A stretch of DNA of 64,000 nt from Takakia lepidozioides (Eukaryota; Plantae; Bryophyta), in assembly GCA_030704615.1 (NCBI GenBank), contig CM060732.1:30008001-30072000 (forward strand), given 5' to 3'. The notes beneath the pieces are model-generated. The model had not been told where the DNA came from. It ran no database searches and saw only the letters and a list, made by a program, of their open reading frames with translations. The translations under genes and the position numbers were made by a program. Each line of letters opens with the position of its first letter. The stretch's first letter is position 1. Of the stretch, positions 61,901 through 64,000 are shown piece after piece.

Positions 61901-62810
61901 CCGGGACCCTGTGGACGAATTTCTGCTGAGTTCCCAACAACATGTTTTTGGATCTGCCGATATGAGTGTTTTGACCAAGTCCACTTTTCCCCCAGGCACA
62001 TTCCCTGACGACGTCATCAGGTCACCGGTAAAGCATTCTTATCCAGCTCCCCGTGGCCTGCCTTCTATGACCTTCCAGGTTAGTCCGGTTTTCGTGCGCT
62101 CAGTGGCGAAAGCCATAGATGAGTCATACGTGATGACCGAACTCAATCTGGGAACGCAAAACCGTATCATAGATCTTACAGAAGAGTCTGAGGAAGCAAT
62201 TGCCGGTGGGTCTTCCATACATGTTCTTGATGTTTCCCAAGTCCATGGAGATCCGAACACCCAGCCGGCTGTCCACCAGATTGACCAGCACACTGAACAG
62301 TGGACACATGGAAGGACTGCCGAGCAACGTGTGGCGGGGCAGCATACTGTCTTCATTGATGAGCAGACTGAACCGCAGACTAACTAGCAGACTGCACAGG
62401 TCACAGATGGAAGGGCTGACCAGGATGGCTCGGAGCGGCAGACTGCACAGCTCAGCTCTAATTGCACAGTTCAGATTGCACGGCCTGACCAGCACACTGC
62501 ACACTTCACAGAGGGAAGGACTGACGACCAACCTGCCACCGAGCACATTGCCCACATTTAGGAAGAGACTGAACCGCAGAGTTGCCAGCAGACTGCACAG
62601 TTCACAGACGAAGAACCGGCGGCCGAGCAGACTGCCCACATTGAGCAACAGACTGAACATGCTGGCAGGCACACTGACAAGGAACCACATGCGGCGCAGA
62701 CACCGTCTGGTATAGCGCTGGATTACAATTGCAGAATTTATGTCCACCGATGAGACTGTTCTGGGGAGGACGTCTCTGCCACCACATGTCTGGGAACTGC
62801 GGAGAGTATG
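58923..62810 (+). pseudogene. Multi-exon Gln-rich cargo gene with N-terminal Cys/His finger, unknown function
   Basis: CPFCEEVIKDKIQLNRHC, basic KKKRQKK tract, ORFs 60132-61418 and 61458-62387 with QQTP / QQTVQQ repeats; some in-frame stops. Confidence 0.55.
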
Positions 62811-63891
62811 AACGGAACAAGATCCAGTCCGAAGGTCCTCAAACATCCAGATGCGCCTCCTGAAACATCACATCTCAACCACTACCGTCTCCTTGAAAAC
62901 TGCACAATGGGAAAAGAGACGTAGCATGAGAGATGTGGATTCACGTTGCTTGTGGATGTTCGAGGTCCTTACGACTGCAAATGCGCGTGGATCAACAGGC
63001 TCTTCGACTGCGTCTTTGTCAGTACTTTCTCTAAGCAGTGTGTTGTGCCATGAGTATGGGCATATGCAAGTCTGCTGGACGGATGAAATGCAACCACGGC
63101 ATGACGGCGACACCAAGCGTGGTTCTGATGGGATATCAGTCTGGTCTGCTGGACTGTTGGTCTATAAGGATACAAGTCTGGTGTGGCGCGAGTTTTTCTT
63201 CACTGGACTACTGGGCCATCACTGCCTGCCGAATTCCGAAGTGTCTTCTCTCATCTTATCCCCGAAGTCTCATCTCGTCAGTCTGTTGAAGTGTCGGTCG
63301 GCTGGAAGTCCGTCTCTTCGGATATGAGTCCATTTAACTACTACCTTTTAATTATCCGCATTGTCGTGAGTCTGCTCAGGCGTCGGACTGCTGGTCTGTC
63401 CGTCTCTTCTAATATCAGTCAGCTAGACTGTCACAAAGTCAGTCTACTGTGGCGCAAGTCTGTTTGCGCTGGGTTTGTTGAGCCGTCATCATGATCACGT
63501 GTAAGTCTGCTGGACCTATTAATGCAACGACCGTGGAAAGAGGCGCCAGTGATCTCGCGCCGCGTCCAAACTCGGACAGAAAGTGCGGTTTACGTTTTTT
63601 GTCCGTATCACCCGGCCGCCTAGGGGATACTTTGTCTGTGGGATATTAGTCTGTTAGAAATCAGTCTGTTGTCGTGCAAATTACTCTGCGTCAGTCTCTT
63701 CGTCAGTCTGTTGAACCTTCCGTCTGCTGGACTGTCCGTGCAGTGACATATGAGTCTATTGTTGCACAAGTTTGTTTGCAGTGGGTCTGTTCGGCCGTTA
63801 TGTCATTAGGTTTAAGTCTACTGGACGCAATAAATGCAGTGACGACGGTAAGGAGGCCCAATCACGTCGCGGCACGTCACCAGACTCCGGG

Positions 63892-64000
63892 GGGCTGCTA
63901 TTTCATGAGCGGCATGAGCATGAGCGGAAAAAAAAAAAGCATGAGCAGACCATTGTGAGTCCACGGAAATAGGGTTAGGAGGCACGGAAATAGGGTCAAG
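63892..64000 (+). mobile_element. Left terminus of another CATGAGC-family MULE-like element
   Basis: GGGCTGCTATTTCATGAGCGGCATGAGCATGAGC...GGAAATAGGGTTAGG matches 11923-12050. Confidence 0.8.

Larger units (their letters stand above)
56569..63891 (+). mobile_element. Related MULE-family element entered from its accessory-gene end; interrupted at 63892
   Basis: Starts GGCCTCTCATTTTAAGATAATAGGG; 56569-57150 resembles the reverse complement of ~49500-50085. Confidence 0.55.

Overview
Eukaryotic, TE-dense nuclear DNA, most likely from a seed-free land plant (inferred from PPR motif style and TE families), with one 500-N scaffold gap (18549-19048). The only clearly intact host gene is a 32-motif PLS-class PPR-E-DYW C-to-U RNA-editing factor (terminal exon 34645-38781, +). 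Reading splice sites by eye, its upstream exons (32701-34451) encode intron-split PDF motifs (WxxxFxDPSxWWDNRxxK|xxPxxPDFKHK...W), the ssDNA-binding motif of organellar OSB/PTAC9 proteins. One of these PDF modules has been tandemly triplicated. This PDF-PPR-DYW architecture is the top finding. A decayed PPR-DYW paralogue lies head-to-head with it. The remainder is nested mobile DNA: degenerate Ty3/Gypsy elements (two families carry extra 3' ORFs), large MULE-like SWIM elements with cargo ORFs and palindromic repeats, a TTAA-flanked piggyBac-type non-autonomous element, and an intron-containing IS3EU-like DDE transposase. All family assignments come from motif recognition; no database searches were run. 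Many TE boundaries are approximate.
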